From: Azolla caroliniana
Lineage: Eukaryota; Plantae; Polypodiophyta
Length of the DNA: 64,000 nt
Assembly: GCA_043228905.1 (NCBI GenBank)
Contig: JBHGNT010000005.1
Span: 21,142,001-21,206,000, forward strand
Direction of reading: 5' to 3'
Under the pieces are notes generated by a model. That model had not been told where the DNA came from. It saw only the letters and a program-made list of their open reading frames with translations, and ran no database searches. Positions 48,991 to 60,460 of this stretch are shown piece by piece; position 1 is the first letter of the stretch; every line of letters begins with the position of its first letter. The position numbers and the translations under genes are program-made.

Positions 48991-50780
48991 ATGTTCACTA
49001 ATGTTAGTAAGGAACTAATGTGATTGGATAGAAGGAATGATAGGTGCATGCACTATCATTATGTTCATAACCAATTAATTGAAAGGCACATCTATTCATG
49101 TGTCCTAGGTAGAGGTATAAATGTGAGGTCGAGCTACCCTCATAAGCATATTATGTTTAAAGGCTACTATCTTAAGACACGAGTTGTGTAGGTCAGGCTT
49201 TCATCACAAAGATCTTGTTATTTCTTCCAAGGTATTAGTCATCCTAATATCCAAAGGTGTGGGACGTCGATGGTAGGTTGGTTATGTCTTGATCATAGCT
49301 CAAGGGTGGTAAGGTGGAGCGGGTTCTTCTATCTAATCTATTTACTTTAATTTTCTTATTTTGGTCTATTGATTAGTAATATACTCTTAATAGGTACTTC
49401 CTTTTATTTTTATAGATAATATTTTTTTTATTTGATTCTTTCTTCTCCCATTCTCAATCATGTTTAAGTCGATATGTTAAAATGTGTATCATTCAATTAT
49501 GTTGTAGTGGTTTGAAATGTACATATATTATGCATGCATATGCAGTCAATACCTTAATTGCCATGTATTTGATATGTGATCTGTGTGGTATGCATATATT
49601 AAGAGGTCAAGACCTCAATTGTGTATTATGTTCACTCTTACTTTTGGATGTTGCATTTGTAGAGGCTACATGCCTCGATTACGTTCTCATAGTGTAATTC
49701 GCATACTACATGTGAAATATGTAAAAAATATATCTGATTTATGTATGCATAAATAAATAAAAGAAAATATTTAAAACATTGTTACATGCATAGGGCAAGA
49801 TTCAAACCATGTACCTCCATATAAACAAGCCAAAACTTTACCATTATATTAACTTATCATAAGTGATTTAAATGTAGATTTAACAGGTATAAGAGTTGTT
49901 GTATTTACGCCTATTTTTACAAAAAGATAAATCAGGAACTTTTAGAGTGTGTGAAAACTTTATTTGGAAGAAAAATGCAAGCCAATTACTCATGCACATC
50001 TAGTGTGCATGACCACTATATTTAGGAAATAAAAAAAGCATGGTTGAAAAAGGCAACTCATGCACATCTAGTGTGCATGAACACTTTAGGAAAAAGCATG
50101 ATGCTATGCTTAGCCTCTTCCATCACTATATGAGGAAGAGAGAAAAGATATATATGGTTGTTGATTTTTTATAAGGGTTGATTAATATAAAATATTCGTG
50201 GGAATTCACGATTTTGCCATCTATTTCTCTCTTACAATCTAAGTATCAATTAATACACTATACTTGTGGGATTCACGAGTTTCATATCTTCATCTTGCAA
50301 TCTATTCGTAACAAACCTTATCTCATATTCTTCTTTCTTCTAGTCCAAAACCCTAGCGGTTCCCACCCGACTCACACAACGATCCGGCGCCGAAAGGCAC
50401 GACACAAGTGGTGAACCTGACGTGAAGACAGGTGGCAAGGCGATGGAGAATCAACAACCGGAAACTAACAATATGATGGTGATGTTCGAGCGGATGCTAC
50501 AAGAACAACGCGCTATGTCGGAGATTGCGACGGCAGTAGAGCGGCTCGTGCAATAGAGCGGGCAATTCAACGGGAAGGATGTGTCGCGATATTTGCGGGA
50601 TTACAAGGCGCAAATGCTACGTTGCGGAATATTGGAAGGATTGCAGGTGGCATCCTTCAATCGGATGGCTACAGACGGGCTTCAAGGGAGTATCTACGAG
50701 GTACGACAACAAAATCCGACGTGGGAAACATTTGAAGAAGCGCTAAAGACCACGTTCGCCATCGAGGACTCCTTGAAGCG

Positions 50781-50799
50781 CTAAACCCTAAACCCTAAA
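50781..50799 (+). repeat. Short plant telomeric tract CTAAA(CCCTAAA)2 inside gag
   Basis: ctaaaccctaaaccctaaa interrupts the reading frame. Confidence 0.8.
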
Positions 50800-50852
50800 T
50801 GCCAGACAAGGGGCTGAAGGTCCTTGATGTGTTTTCAGCATTCTAAAGTCGG

Positions 50853-51294
50853 TGTCATGATATGGCAAGACTCGAACCCATGACCTTAGGTTTTATGGGT
50901 CGAGCTCTTGACCATTAGATCATCTATTGTAATACATAGGATATTATTTTCATTTACATTTTATTATAGGAAAATAGTGTATATTCCAGATTTCTCTGGA
51001 ACATTCTAGAAGCTTCAAGATTACTCCTGAAAACACTATAAAAGAGGGCACTAGGCATTATGTTGAACCAAATTGGTTCAACGCCAGCCTTAAGCCTTTT
51101 AGCTACCATTGTATATTCTCTTCATATAATACATATCTTTCTTATCATCACTCTCTCTCTCTCTCTCTCTCAATCTCTCTCTTTCTCTCTGTCTCGCTCA
51201 CTTCTTCCTTCTCTCGAAGAAGTTCCACACCTCTCATAGTACTAATCCTTCGTTTAGTACTAATTCCTTCTCTGTCTCAGTACTGTTCGTGACA
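50853..51294 (+). repeat. 5' LTR
   Basis: TGTCA...TGACA; direct repeat of 56107-56548. Confidence 0.96.
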
Positions 51295-51368
51295 GTTTGA
51301 ACCAATTTTCCCTACCTTCTATCTCTCTCATTTCCTACGAATCTTTTATTCCTCTTTTCTTTCATTCC

Positions 51369-52505
51369 ATGGCCACTGTTAGCGTTGAAGAATATCAATC
51401 TGTTTTCTCGGAATTTCAATGCTTGAAGGAGAAGTTCCATGCTTTGGAACAAGAAAACCAACGGTTGCTGGGGGATCTTCAGCAAATCTCCTTAGAAAAG
51501 CAGCAAACGCAACAACAACATGGGGAACTTGCATTACGCGTGCAACAACTCGAAGCAACCATCATAGCGATGCAACAACAAGGGCCCGAAACACAAGGGA
51601 TTCATAAAGAACCCAAGATTGGCATTCCCACGAAGTTCGATGGAACGCGATCGCAGTTTAGAGGGTTCCTTAACCAGGTACGATTAGTTATTCAAATGCA
51701 TCCTTCCCGATATCCCACCGATGCATCACGAGTGGGTTTAGTAGGCACTTTGTTAAGTGGCTCAACGTTGTCATGGTTCACTCCACTATTAGAAAAGGAA
51801 TCTCCGTTACTGAACAATTTTGAAGAGTTTCTAGGTGAGTTTAAAGCATGTTTCGGAGATACTGACAGCATCAGAACCGCAATCAACAAAATCCGGCGAT
51901 TACGCCAAGGTGACCGTCCAGCCTCTGCATACACTGCAGATTTTCGCCTACTCGCCGCCGATATCCCTTGGGATGATCAAGCGTTGATGGAGCAATTCCA
52001 TTATGGTTTACGCAACGACGTCAAGGATTTACTATTGACCTTCCCCGAAGAGCCAAAGTCCTTAACAGAAGCAATCAGTCGCGTGGTGAGATGTGACAAC
52101 CGCCTCTTTGAGCGACGTTCGGAACAACAGCTACAGATGCCGAGGGCAAGATCAGAGCCCACCTACGCCTCAGTGGTAGCAAGACCTTTTCCGAGGGAGT
52201 CATATAATGCGCCTCCAGCGAATACTCCGACTCCGATGGAGATTGACACTACACGTCGTCGAGGGCCATTATCCGAAAAAGAAAAGCAGCGACGCCGTAC
52301 AAATCGACTATGTCTTTACTGCGGTGGACCAGGACATATCGCAATAAATTGCCCCCATAGGCCAAGAAGACAGGTAAATCAAATAGTCACTAGCTCTAAT
52401 TGTACTAAATCCCAGCCTATTTCAGTAGGGATATCTGATAGTCCTAATAGTACTAATAGTACTAATATCCCAGATCTAGCAAACAAATTTGATGTCCTTA
52501 GTTAG
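51369..52505 (+). CDS. gag: gag
   Basis: Coiled coil, PTKFDG, PMEID, CCHC knuckle; open from ATG 51369. Confidence 0.92.
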   Translation: MATVSVEEYQSVFSEFQCLKEKFHALEQENQRLLGDLQQISLEKQQTQQQHGELALRVQQLEATIIAMQQQGPETQGIHKEPKIGIPTKFDGTRSQFRGFLNQVRLVIQMHPSRYPTDASRVGLVGTLLSGSTLSWFTPLLEKESPLLNNFEEFLGEFKACFGDTDSIRTAINKIRRLRQGDRPASAYTADFRLLAADIPWDDQALMEQFHYGLRNDVKDLLLTFPEEPKSLTEAISRVVRCDNRLFERRSEQQLQMPRARSEPTYASVVARPFPRESYNAPPANTPTPMEIDTTRRRGPLSEKEKQRRRTNRLCLYCGGPGHIAINCPHRPRRQVNQIVTSSNCTKSQPISVGISDSPNSTNSTNIPDLANKFDVLS

Positions 52506-52555
52506 TTAGAAGAAGAGTTAAACGACTAAGTCCAGCCAAAATAGGAGCCATTTGG

Positions 52556-55500
52556 TTGGACAGCCCTAGATCTGTGCAGCCCATTAGTGGTTCCATTCCC
52601 TCTAAGCAAGTTAGTGATGTGTTCGTAGCCCAAGTAATAGTTAGTACTAAAAGTACCCCTCCAGTACATGTCCTAGCACTCCTAGATTCCGGAGCTAACT
52701 CTTGCTTTATGGATAAGAAATTTGCTCAAGCTCATAAGATATCCCTAAGAAAACTCTAGTGTCCAACCTCTGTAGTAGTCATTGATGGACGTCCCATTGC
52801 TTCCGGAAATATCATAGAAGAGTCAGAGCCCATTAATATTGTCCTAGATAACTTAGCATGTGTAGTATCATTTAATATTATTAGTATCCCAGAACATCCT
52901 ATAGTTTTAGGATTACCGTGGTTCGAGTTACATAACCCAGACATAGATTGGAGAACAAGAGAAATCAGGTGTCGACAAACTCAAGGGTCAACTCAGAAGA
53001 TGGCAACCATTTCGCTACGTCAGTTGCGTAAAGAAGGGCGCAAGGAGGAAATGTTCCTCTTTGCAATATCAGTAAACCCCTCCAGCACCACTAAAGAAGA
53101 ATCCACCGTTCAACTTCCCGAGAAGTATCGTCATTACGTCGATGTGTTCGATAAAGTACAAGCCAACACACTTCCTCATCATCGACCGTACGATTGCCCC
53201 ATCGATTTACAACCGGGAAAAGAGCCGCCATGGGGACCGATCTACAATTTGTCACCAACCGAGCTGGAAGTCCTTCGGGCCTATTTAGAGGAGAATTTGG
53301 AAAATGGTTTCATTCGGCATTCGAAATCTCTAGCCGGTGCGCCCATTTTCTTCGTAAAAAAAAAAAGATGGATCGCTTCGTCTTGTTGTAGATTACCGTG
53401 GCTTGAATAAGGTTACAATCAGAAATAAGTATGCTCTTCCCCTTATCTCAAGTCTTTTCGAACGGATCAATGGTGCGAGGTTCTTCACGAAGATCGACTT
53501 ACGGGGAGCATATAACCTCGTACGGATTCGACCAGGAGACGAATGGAAGACCGCGTTTCGCACCAGATATGGGCACTTCGAGTGTACGGTCATGCCGTTC
53601 GGCCTCACTAATGCGTCGGGAGTCTTCCATCACATTGCTAATGATATATTCTGAGATCTATTGGATGATTATTTGATCATCTATTTGGATGATCTACTGG
53701 TTTATTCAAAGACCCAAGAAGAACATGATTCTCATGTACTATTAGTACTAAAATGACTTCGAGAACATGGTCTGTATGCAAAGCTGGAAAAATGTAGTTT
53801 CAGGTGCAACCAAGTGGAATTTCTCGGCTACATCATTTCGTCAGAAGGCATCTCCATGGACCCAGCTAAGGTCAAAACGATGGTAGAATGGCAGATTCCG
53901 CGTTCGGTGCGGGATGTGCAATGCTTCTTAGGCTTTGCCAATTTTTACCGGAAGTTCATACAAGATTACTCAAAGATCGTTCTACCTCTCACACAACTTA
54001 CCAGGAAGGGACAACCGTTCATTTGGTCTGAAGAAACGGACATGGCTTTCGAGAGTCTTAAAAAGGCATTTACATCAGCTCCAATTCTAGCTCATGTCGA
54101 TCCGGAAAAACGATTCATTATCGAAGCTGATGCATCGGATTTTGCATTGGGGAGCATTCTGTCACAATAGGGGAATGATGAGAAGCTACATCCTGTGGCT
54201 TTTCACTCACACAAGTTTGACGCCGCCGAAATCAACTACGAAATTCATGATAAGGAGCTATTGGCAATAGTCGATTCTTTTATGCAATGGAGGCATTTTC
54301 TGGAGGGATCCTCTCATCCAGTCACCGTATTTAGTGACCACAAGAATCTTGCCTACTTTCAAGATGCTCGTGTGTTGTATCGACGTCAAGCTCGGTGGGC
54401 CCACTTCCTCACGCGTTTCGACTTCAAAATTACATATCGTCCGGGGAGGCACCAAGGGAAGGCAGATGCATTATCAGGGCGTTCATATCTAGCACCCCGT
54501 CCCGGCGAGCCAACTTTCGATAACCAAAAACAAGTCATCTTGGGACCGGCACGACTACAAGCAACACAAATCTTTGACATGCCTATAGATTCCCGCGTTA
54601 TCGATACCATACGTGAAGACTTGAAGACAGATGCATTCGCCCAAGCTATACTAGCACAAATTGATCCCTCTCGAGCGTCGTGTTCACAGTCGCAACCACT
54701 AGGTACGGACTATCGGCAATTCAAATACCATGATGGATTACTCTTCTTTAAAGAACTTTTGTATGTTCCTAATGGTTCTTGCCGCCTTCGAGTAGTACAA
54801 AACTGTCATGACACATATACAGCTAGGCATTTCGGCAGTACTAAAACATTACATTTAGTACAACGAACATTCTGGTGGCCCTATTTGCGACAATTTGTCG
54901 AAGATTTTGTTCGGACTTGTGATACATGTTGCAGAGCGAAAATGCCAAGGCATCATCCATATGGTTTATTAGAACCATTACCAATTCCAAGCAAGCCATG
55001 GCAATCCATTGCTCTAGACTTCATCACAGATCTTCCAGTCTCTAAGGGGTTCAATGCGATCCTAACGGTGGTCGATCGATATACGAAGATGGCTCATTTC
55101 TTGCCATGTACTAAGGAGATCTCCAGTGAAGACACTGCCGAAATTGTCATGCATGAAGTATGTCGGCATCATGGACTTCCCGATAGTATCATCAACGACT
55201 GTGGACCCCAGTTCGTGTCAAAATTATGGAAGCACCTTTTTAACATGCTCAAGGTCACTTGTAACCTCTCCTCCGGCTACCACCCACAAACTGACGGCCA
55301 AGCTGAACGAACAAATCAAACGTTGGAGCAGTATCTGCGGTGCTTTCTCAGCTATCATCAAGATGACTGGGTAGATATTCTCCACTTCGCCGAATTTGCC
55401 TATAACAACTCTATCCACACATCCACTAAAGTTACGCCATTTTATGCTTATACGAGATGTCACCCCAGGTGGAGTGTACTTGAAACCCCAGAGGTGTCCA

Positions 55501-56114
55501 CAAATCCGTGCGCGGAGAATCGTTTGGAGCAATTACGCAAGATACAAGCAGATTTATCTACTCATCTCCAGCAAGCTCAACAAACACACAAGGTCTACGC
55601 GGATCGTCATCGACTTCCATCCAGTTTTAATATTGGAGATCGGGTGTGGTTGCTACGACCACACATCAAGACTACTCGTCCATGTGAGAAGTTAGATTAT
55701 CGGCGATTAGGTCCTTTCCGTATTATTGGACAGATTAATGATGTCGCTTTTCGTCTCGATCTACCTCCTCAACTTCGGATACATCCGGTGTTTCATAGTT
55801 CTCTCCTCGAACCCTACCATGAGAGCACCATCCCAGGACGTCTTATCCAACCTCCACCCCCGATCGAGCTTGAAGATGGGCCGGAGTACGAGGTTGCCGC
55901 CATCCTTGATTCCAAGATGGTTCGCAACAAGCTCTACTATCTAGTCGATTGGCTAGGCTATAGCCCCAACGAACGTACTTGGGAACCGATCGAGAATGTC
56001 ACCAATGCTCGTGCTCTTCTTGAAGACTTCCATCGCCAATATCCACACAAACCAGGTCCTCAATCCAAGACGACTCGTGACACTCGTCGTTTTAAAGGGG
56101 GGATAGTGTCATGA
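52556..56114 (+). pseudogene. pol: pol (PR-RT-RH-INT-chromodomain) with stops and an A-run frameshift
   Basis: ORFs 52556-52759, 53000-53410, 53403-53654, 53814-54170, 54195-56114. Confidence 0.93.
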
Positions 56115-56548
56115 TATGGCAAGACTCGAACCCATGACCTTAGGTTATATGGGTCGAGCTCTTGACCATTAGATCATCTATTGTAATACGTAAGATATTA
56201 TTTTCATTTACATTTTATTATAGGAAATTAGTGTATATTCTAGATTTCTCTGGAACATTCTAGAAGCTTCAGGATTACTCCTGAAAACACTATAAAAGAG
56301 GGCACTAGGCATTATGTTGAACCAAATTGGTTCAACGCCAGTCTTAAGCCTTTTAGCCACCATTGTATATTCTCTTCATATAATACATATCTTTCTTATC
56401 ATCACTCTCTCTCTCTCTCTCTCTCAATCTCTCTCTTTCTCTCTGTCTTGCTCACTTCTTCCTTCTCTCGAAGAAGTTCCACACCTCTCATAGTACTAAT
56501 CCTTCGTTTAGTACTAATTCCTTCTCTGTCTCAGTACTATTCATGACA
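56107..56548 (+). repeat. 3' LTR
   Basis: Follows PPT; followed by TSD GTCGG. Confidence 0.96.
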
Positions 56549-59500
56549 GTCGGTTTGGGAGGTTGTCCGCGAGAGATCAAGCTATCCTCACACTAGACAA
56601 AGTGATCATGTTCTTACGAGTTGTTGGTGTCTGGGATCGGAAAGATCTTGAAATGCTTCTAGAGGACACCACTATTGAGAGTGTCCTCACCAATATATGG
56701 GAAAACGTGCGGGATATCGTCGCGCGATACACAAAGAGGGGGCAATGGCTTGGTAGTGAAGAAAAGAGGGTTTCGAAACCAATATCCGGATTGGAAGACC
56801 ATCAACCGTGGGCTCGGGAGACTACGACCGAGAAGGGAATCGATGCAACCACGGTGGAGCAGTTGCTCAAGGAGATGGAGAATCTTAAAATTGCGACGGT
56901 GAAGAAGTCGGATGACTGTCCCACAAGTTCCAAGTATATGGACCGTCGATGCATATTGTGGAATAGCACCGAACATGATCAGAGGGATTGTGACGAGCAC
57001 AAGGAGGCACTACGACGAGACCTTATCTACTACGAGGGAAATTGGATTCATTCAATGGACTCTCGGAAGCCACTCCGACTGAACTTCCAAAATGGAGGCA
57101 TGAAGAAGGTCCTAGAGGAGGAAAAAGCGGTGAAAAGCAATTATGCAACAACCGTGGGGATATGTGTGGGTGAGTCATCTGCAGCAAAATCGTCTTTTTG
57201 GCTAGAAGTGCTAGAAAACCCCGAGAAAACTCACTCTAATGAGGTCTGAAGCACCACGGAAGGCATCCGAGAAGCTACGGGATGGGAGTGCCCCGTCAAT
57301 AAGAATAGCGTGTACGCCCTATGCCAATTACATGAGGTGTATGTAGATGAGAAACAACGGCGCACAGATGATGCGGCCGAACCATCGAAGACGCTAGAGA
57401 GCTGGAACTCCGAAGGGAAGGGGAAAGGAAAACCAATTCCGGCATTCAAACTCACTTCAGACATCGAGCAATGAACAGACTTAAAAAAGGTGTTCGAGGA
57501 GAAATAACGGCGCACAGAATGTGGCCGAAGGGAAGGGGAAAGGAATCCTCGATAGCTGGGTAGATTTTTTGCTTCAGGAATTACTCGGAATAGCGAAGGA
57601 GTTCCACGATCTTCTTGTGGATCTCGTGAAGAGAGAAAGACAAAATACGGAGGAAAATGCTCCAAGGTTGAATGCAAATACCGTTCTAATGATTGACACC
57701 GAAGTGGAGGAGGAAATTCCGAACTCCCACTACACAAGGCCACACTAGGCATGCGCAACTACAGAGACTCCGGTCCGAATCGGAAACATCAAGGAGCCCA
57801 TACTAGCATTCATTGATCACAAATCGGAGATCAATTTGATGTCCAGGGAATTCTACCAGGAGGGGAAGTGGCCTACTGACACTAATCATGGGTGGAAGAT
57901 CTGGGCAACCACTAAAGCAACGGAAGATTTATTTGCAGCTTGTCTGGATGTGACGGTGAAGATCGAAGATGTGGAGATTGACCAAAATTTCTTCGTGCAA
58001 GATGAGGTCTCACACTCCGTGATCCTCGGGTAACCCTTTATCATGACTTCACGGATGGAGGAGACAAAGGTGCTCGATAGTGGAGCGGCTTTTGCACGAA
58101 TTCGGAGCTAAAGAAGAGGGAAAACCATCCAATTCCTAACCGTGCCATGAAATCACGAAAGGAAGAAGAGAGAGGTATTGTCCCAAACAAAAATGGATTT
58201 TTAAAGCGGACTGTTATGGAGTGGGGAAGTAATAGTCTGAGAAGCCCTGATACCCCACATAGGAAGAAAACTCTAGGAGCAAAACAAGTACGAATTAGTT
58301 CTGATGGAGCATCTACGTACACGGCCGTAACCGGAGTAATGAAGAAAGAATTCCGAAAGGTGCAAGATGAGTTACGGTTTGCATCAACAATAAAAGAAGA
58401 CAAAGAAATCGTGGGAGTAGTCGAAGAAGTGTTCTACAGGAGCACACTACAACGGCTTGAACAGCTAGCAAAAGAGAATAGGCATGTAGAACGGGTAGTT
58501 CCGGTGGAATCGGTCGAGATGTATGAGATCATTGCAAAAATGAGGCCAGATGCACTCCGCAAAGAAGAAGCAATGGTATGTACGAAATATAAGACTATGG
58601 AAAAGAAGGTGAAACCGGCCATGGGACCGCTGCCCGCCGATAGCAAACAAAAGATGAAAGAAGTCTCGGGAGATCCGAAACTTTGAAAGTTCGTGGATAT
58701 CAGACATGCCTTCATGGATGAGACCCGAAAGAAACTTCGGATTGGTGGAGGTGGTTTCCTCTCACAAAATGAAGAAGAACGGTTAGTGAGATGTTGGAGC
58801 AGCATGGAAGAGCATTTGCATTCACATCAAGAGAGATAGGGTGCGCTGATCTGAAGATAGTGGAGCCAATGGTGATCTTCACGATTGATCATGTGACGTG
58901 GAGCCTGAAGCCGATTCCGGTGCCCCGGGCGTATATTCCGAAAATCATTGACTTGCTCAAGGAGAAAGTAGCGATGGGGATTCTAGAGCCATCAAACGCT
59001 CCGTACTCAAATCGATGGTTTATGGTTCCGAAGAAAAATGGGTCACTCCGGTTTATTCAAGATTTACAACCGGTGAACAAGGTCACGATCCGGAACTCCG
59101 GAGTCAATCCGATAGTGCATGAATTTGTGGAAGCGTTTGCTGGTCGCGTGATATACTCCATTGAAGACCTATTCCAACTAGTCGTGGAGAGCCGAGACAT
59201 CTCTACCATGTGAACACCGATAGGATTGGTCCGGATGTGCATGCTACCACAAGGTGCGACGAACTCAGGCACACATATGATGAATGTGATGAATAAGGTG
59301 CTTCGGGACTGCATTCCGAAGATAACGATGCCGTTCCTAGATGACATTCCGATAAAAGGATGTGCGGTGAAAGAAAAAGATGAGATAGATGATCGGGGAT
59401 GCCGAAAGTTCGTAGTCGACCATATTTATGATTGCGAGAAAGTGTTATGGAAGTTAGAAGATGTGCACCTAACACTCTCCAGAGAGAAATCGGCATTCGG

Positions 59501-59805
59501 ACAAGAAGAGATATTGGTAGTCGGACATCTATGTGGGCCCTACGGCCAAAGACCGTCGCCAGTCAAGATCGATGCGATTCAAGCTATGAAAGAAATATGT
59601 GAGTCACAATCCGAAGTCTGTAGATTTCTTGGGGCATGTGCATTCTATCACATATGGATTCCGCACTATGTACACATTGTAGACCCACTCTATCACTTGT
59701 TGTGGAAGGGGAAGAAGTTCGAATGGAAACCACAACATACCGAAGCCGTAAAGAAGCTCAAGAAATCACTACAGAGGGCAAAAGCACTTAAGAAACCGAA
59801 CTATG

Positions 59806-60460
59806 TGACGCGAAATATGTGTGTACGGAATATATCTTGGCCACAACTGAGACTTAAATCACCTCGTGAGAATCACAACTACAGAAGAAATGGGCAATGA
59901 AGATATATGCACGTACACACAAACAATATGAGAGAGAGTACACACTATGTTTACGTGGAAAACCCTAAATAGGAAAAATTGCGAGAGTCCACAAACTGCA
60001 ACTATCACTATGTAAGCAGAATACAATAGAGGAACACAGAGGCAATGACCTCTTGCTCTCAATCTTTGCCCGACGGCAGTTACCACAGAGACACACTCTG
60101 TATCACTCTCTCTCTCTCTCTCTCTCTCTGTACAACAGTTACACCAATAACTCTATACAACGATACTAGCCTCAATACACCATCACAACATAAAGTGTTT
60201 GCCCTAGCTCATATTTATACTAATATGACTTTAGGACTATTTACAAATATCGCCCCAATGGGCTCTCATAAACATATTTACATATATGTCCCTCCATCTG
60301 GTGAGAGATTCTCACCGGGCCTAGATCATCCGGTTCTCACCAGGTCTTCCTTGTCGTGTACTCATCATCCGGTTCTCACCAAGTCTTCCTTGCCAGGTAC
60401 TCATCATCCGGTTCTCACCGAGCCTTCATCATCCCATCCGGAGGGACCGAAATCCTAACA
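59806..60460 (-). repeat. 3' LTR of copia G (655 bp)
   Basis: Starts TGTTAGGATTTCGGTCCC on the minus strand like 27218; adjacent PPT. Confidence 0.9.

Larger units (their letters stand above)
50853..56548 (+). mobile_element. Full-length chromovirus (Tcn1-like; resembles the moss RLG1 type)
   Basis: 442-bp LTRs 50853-51294 and 56107-56548 (~11 mismatches counted by eye); TSD GTCGG; gag with CLYCGGPGH..NC; PR LLDSGAN; RT; RH; INT; chromodomain; PPT AAAGGGGGGATAG. Confidence 0.96.
50180..59805 (+). mobile_element. tRNA-Trp-primed gypsy 'F' (relative of D); 5' LTR start not resolved; interrupted by a chromovirus and by copia G
   Basis: LTR end CACGACA at 50404; PBS TGGTGAACCTGACGTGA 50409-50425; gag from 50443 resumes at 56554; PR remnant FIDHKSEINL; RT PFLDDIP. 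Confidence 0.85.
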
